Assembly: GCA_030917125.1 (NCBI GenBank)
Contig: JAUPVH010000001.1
Coordinates: 1 to 43,717 of the forward strand
Source of the DNA: Patescibacteria group bacterium
Lineage (GTDB): Bacteria; Patescibacteriota; Saccharimonadia; CAILAD01; GCA-016700035
Length of the DNA: 43,717 nucleotides
Direction: 5' to 3'
Below, piece after piece: positions 42,525-43,717 of the stretch. Under the pieces are notes generated by a model. The model was given only the letters and a program-made list of their open reading frames with translations, searched no databases and was not told the origin of the DNA. The stretch's first letter is position 1; each line of letters starts with the position of its first letter. The position numbers were made by a program, and so were the translations under genes.

Positions 42525-42551
42525 CATATATCGCCTAAAAATATGACCACC
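42500..42551 (+). promoter_or_regulatory. 15-bp perfect hairpin sequestering the start codon of ORF 42543..42776
   Basis: ggtggtcatattttt (42500-42514) pairs with aaaaatatgaccacc (42537-42551). The ATG at 42543-42545 lies inside the 3' arm, and no Shine-Dalgarno precedes it. Confidence 0.55.
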
Positions 42552-42776
42552 ACATGCAACAGCATCACCCATGTCCATCCCCGGGCCCACCAGCCCCTCA
42601 ACAGGTACTGTGTCCACTGCGGTCGTCTCGGCCGAGCTCCGGAGTGCGCGAGCTGCCGTGAGGCCGCAACAGAGCCGAAGGAGGTGGACGACTACACGGG
42701 CTTCATCATCACCGACGACGGCGACGAGATCGGCCTGATCTCCGACCCGTACCGAGAGTGCATGGAGTTGGTGTAG
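42543..42776 (+). CDS. hypothetical small zinc-ribbon protein, 77 aa (GC-rich cassette)
   Basis: CVHC...CASC cysteine pairs, acidic C-terminus, G/C third-position bias. Confidence 0.5.
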   Translation: MTTTCNSITHVHPRAHQPLNRYCVHCGRLGRAPECASCREAATEPKEVDDYTGFIITDDGDEIGLISDPYRECMELV

Positions 42777-43717
42777 TCACTATCGAATAAGATTCGGGGT
42801 ACTTTGGTAGTGCCTGGCAACAGAAGTTGATCGGAGAGAAAAAGAATCCGTGACACATTAACCCGTCAGTGAAGACGTAAACCCCGAGCCAGTGAGATGT
42901 GGCTTTCAAGCGCGATTCCCGTGCAGCTCATACCCCTTCTTGGGGCAGATTACCTGCTCCAAGAAGGAGCAGTCCGAGGATAGTTATCCTCGCTGATGAG
43001 TCCTGATAGGACGAAACTGCTTTGAAAACTTAGGTAATCCCACGCTGGCTGTTATGCCACACGAGCGTATGTGCGCATTGCCTATCAATATTTTTCAAAC
43101 ACCACACATCAGTTTTTAGTTCTTTTAAACCTGGAAGCCTATACTTCCAGCGCGGCGTAGGCGGCGTTGTTCCTCGAGGGCAGTGCTCGCTCGCGTCGCG
43201 CCGGGAGTATAGCTTCCAAAGTACAAGGGCATCGAAAGCCATTCCTCTCTCCTCTCCAGGTGAGTAGGTGTCCTGCTGGGTCGAGTTCGTCTCGACCCAG
43301 CGAATTCGCTAACCGTTGACCCGCGTACGAATGCGGGGGCCTTTTGAAGCGAGAGCTACGCAGTTGCGTCCTCGAGTGAAACAGGCTGAGCCCATGCGTG
43401 TGGGCTTGCTGGGAGATAAAATTGGTAAAACTGCGCCTGCGTCGGTAACGACGACACCCCAAAGGGTGACCACGAAAGTGGTGGGAAGTAAACAAAGGTA
43501 GAAAAGGGGACCCCAACGGTTATAATGCGGTATTGTCTTCCCCTTTGGTCAGACCTTGAAAAAGTCTGGTTCTATGAAAGGACGATGCCGAGCTCGCGCG
43601 ACTTCCACACCCTTCACCCTTCCTCTTCGTGGAGGTCGCTGCGCGCCGGGAGTGCCGCTTGTGGTTTCTAAGGCTTCGGTCTTGATCACTTGCGTCCACA
43701 CTGTGGGGTAATAGCAC
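42777..43717 (+). other. ORF-poor, hairpin-dense GC-rich region (candidate large structured RNA or RNAs), truncated by the window end
   Basis: The only track ORFs here are low-complexity and Arg/Ser/Pro-rich. Long-range pair tcggggt (42793-42799) with accccga (42880-42886). Hairpins at 43021-43099, 43133-43217, 43276-43300, 43320-43345 (terminator-like) and about 43591-43650. CU-rich tracts at 43243-43257 and 43607-43628. Confidence 0.4.
42969..43020 (+). ncRNA. type III hammerhead self-cleaving ribozyme
   Basis: gcagUC / cgaggat-aguu-auccucg (stem I) / CUGAUGA / gucc-ugaua-ggac (stem II) / GAAA / cugc (stem III, open). All invariant core positions are present. The predicted cleavage site is after C42974. 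Confidence 0.8.

Noticed and set aside
43139-43717. Track ORFs 43139..43516 (-), 43316..43501 (+) and 43520..43717 (-) lie in the terminal region. I also considered that this region is RNase P RNA or tmRNA.
   Set aside because: The ORF products are Arg/Ser-rich artefacts without start signals. For the RNAs I found only a partial CR-II/III-like string on the minus strand. There is no CR-I (GAGGAAAGUCC) or CR-V (ACAGAA.CCGGCUUA) and no tRNA-like T arm plus CCA, so no named family is claimed.

Overview
This 43.7 kb chromosomal window is mostly + strand housekeeping genes: an rpfB/yabE-like gene, rsmA, metG, tatD, a cysteine desulfurase, mnmA, alaS, an ftsA-like gene, ruvX, mltG, obg, ddl, murF, leuS and one tRNA-Ala(GGC). 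By eye the background is about 40-50% GC. My inference is a reduced-genome, Gram-positive-type bacterium, possibly a Patescibacteria/CPR (Saccharibacteria-like) lineage. Native genes use near-consensus TTGACA-N17-TATAAT promoters, and in several the -10 box lies only 6-9 nt from the start codon, which implies leaderless mRNAs. About a dozen short GC-rich cassettes (by eye 60-70% GC, strong G/C third-position bias) sit at nearly every operon boundary. Each cassette has its own Shine-Dalgarno site and a GC-rich terminator hairpin but is driven by an AT-rich native-style promoter. They encode small zinc-ribbon, membrane, methyltransferase, CDP-alcohol phosphatidyltransferase and J-domain proteins. 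The strongest observations are these. (1) A canonical type III hammerhead ribozyme at 42969-43020 lies inside at least 0.9 kb of ORF-poor, hairpin-dense sequence that runs off the window end. (2) leuS carries a ~140-aa Nudix-hydrolase domain inserted in its editing domain, plus a single in-frame TAG just after the KMSKS motif. (3) A ~400-nt unclassified RNA candidate bounded by a promoter and a terminator lies at 39398-39805. (4) A ~300-nt array of stem-loops with C-rich loops lies at 8999-9305. (5) A GC-rich three-gene operon contains a J-domain protein. (6) An operator-like palindrome, an 18-codon uORF and a start-codon-sequestering hairpin precede ORF 42543..42776. I recognised no CRISPR array, transposase, integrase or known defence gene. 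All domain calls are by-eye motif recognition, and no database search or folding program was run.
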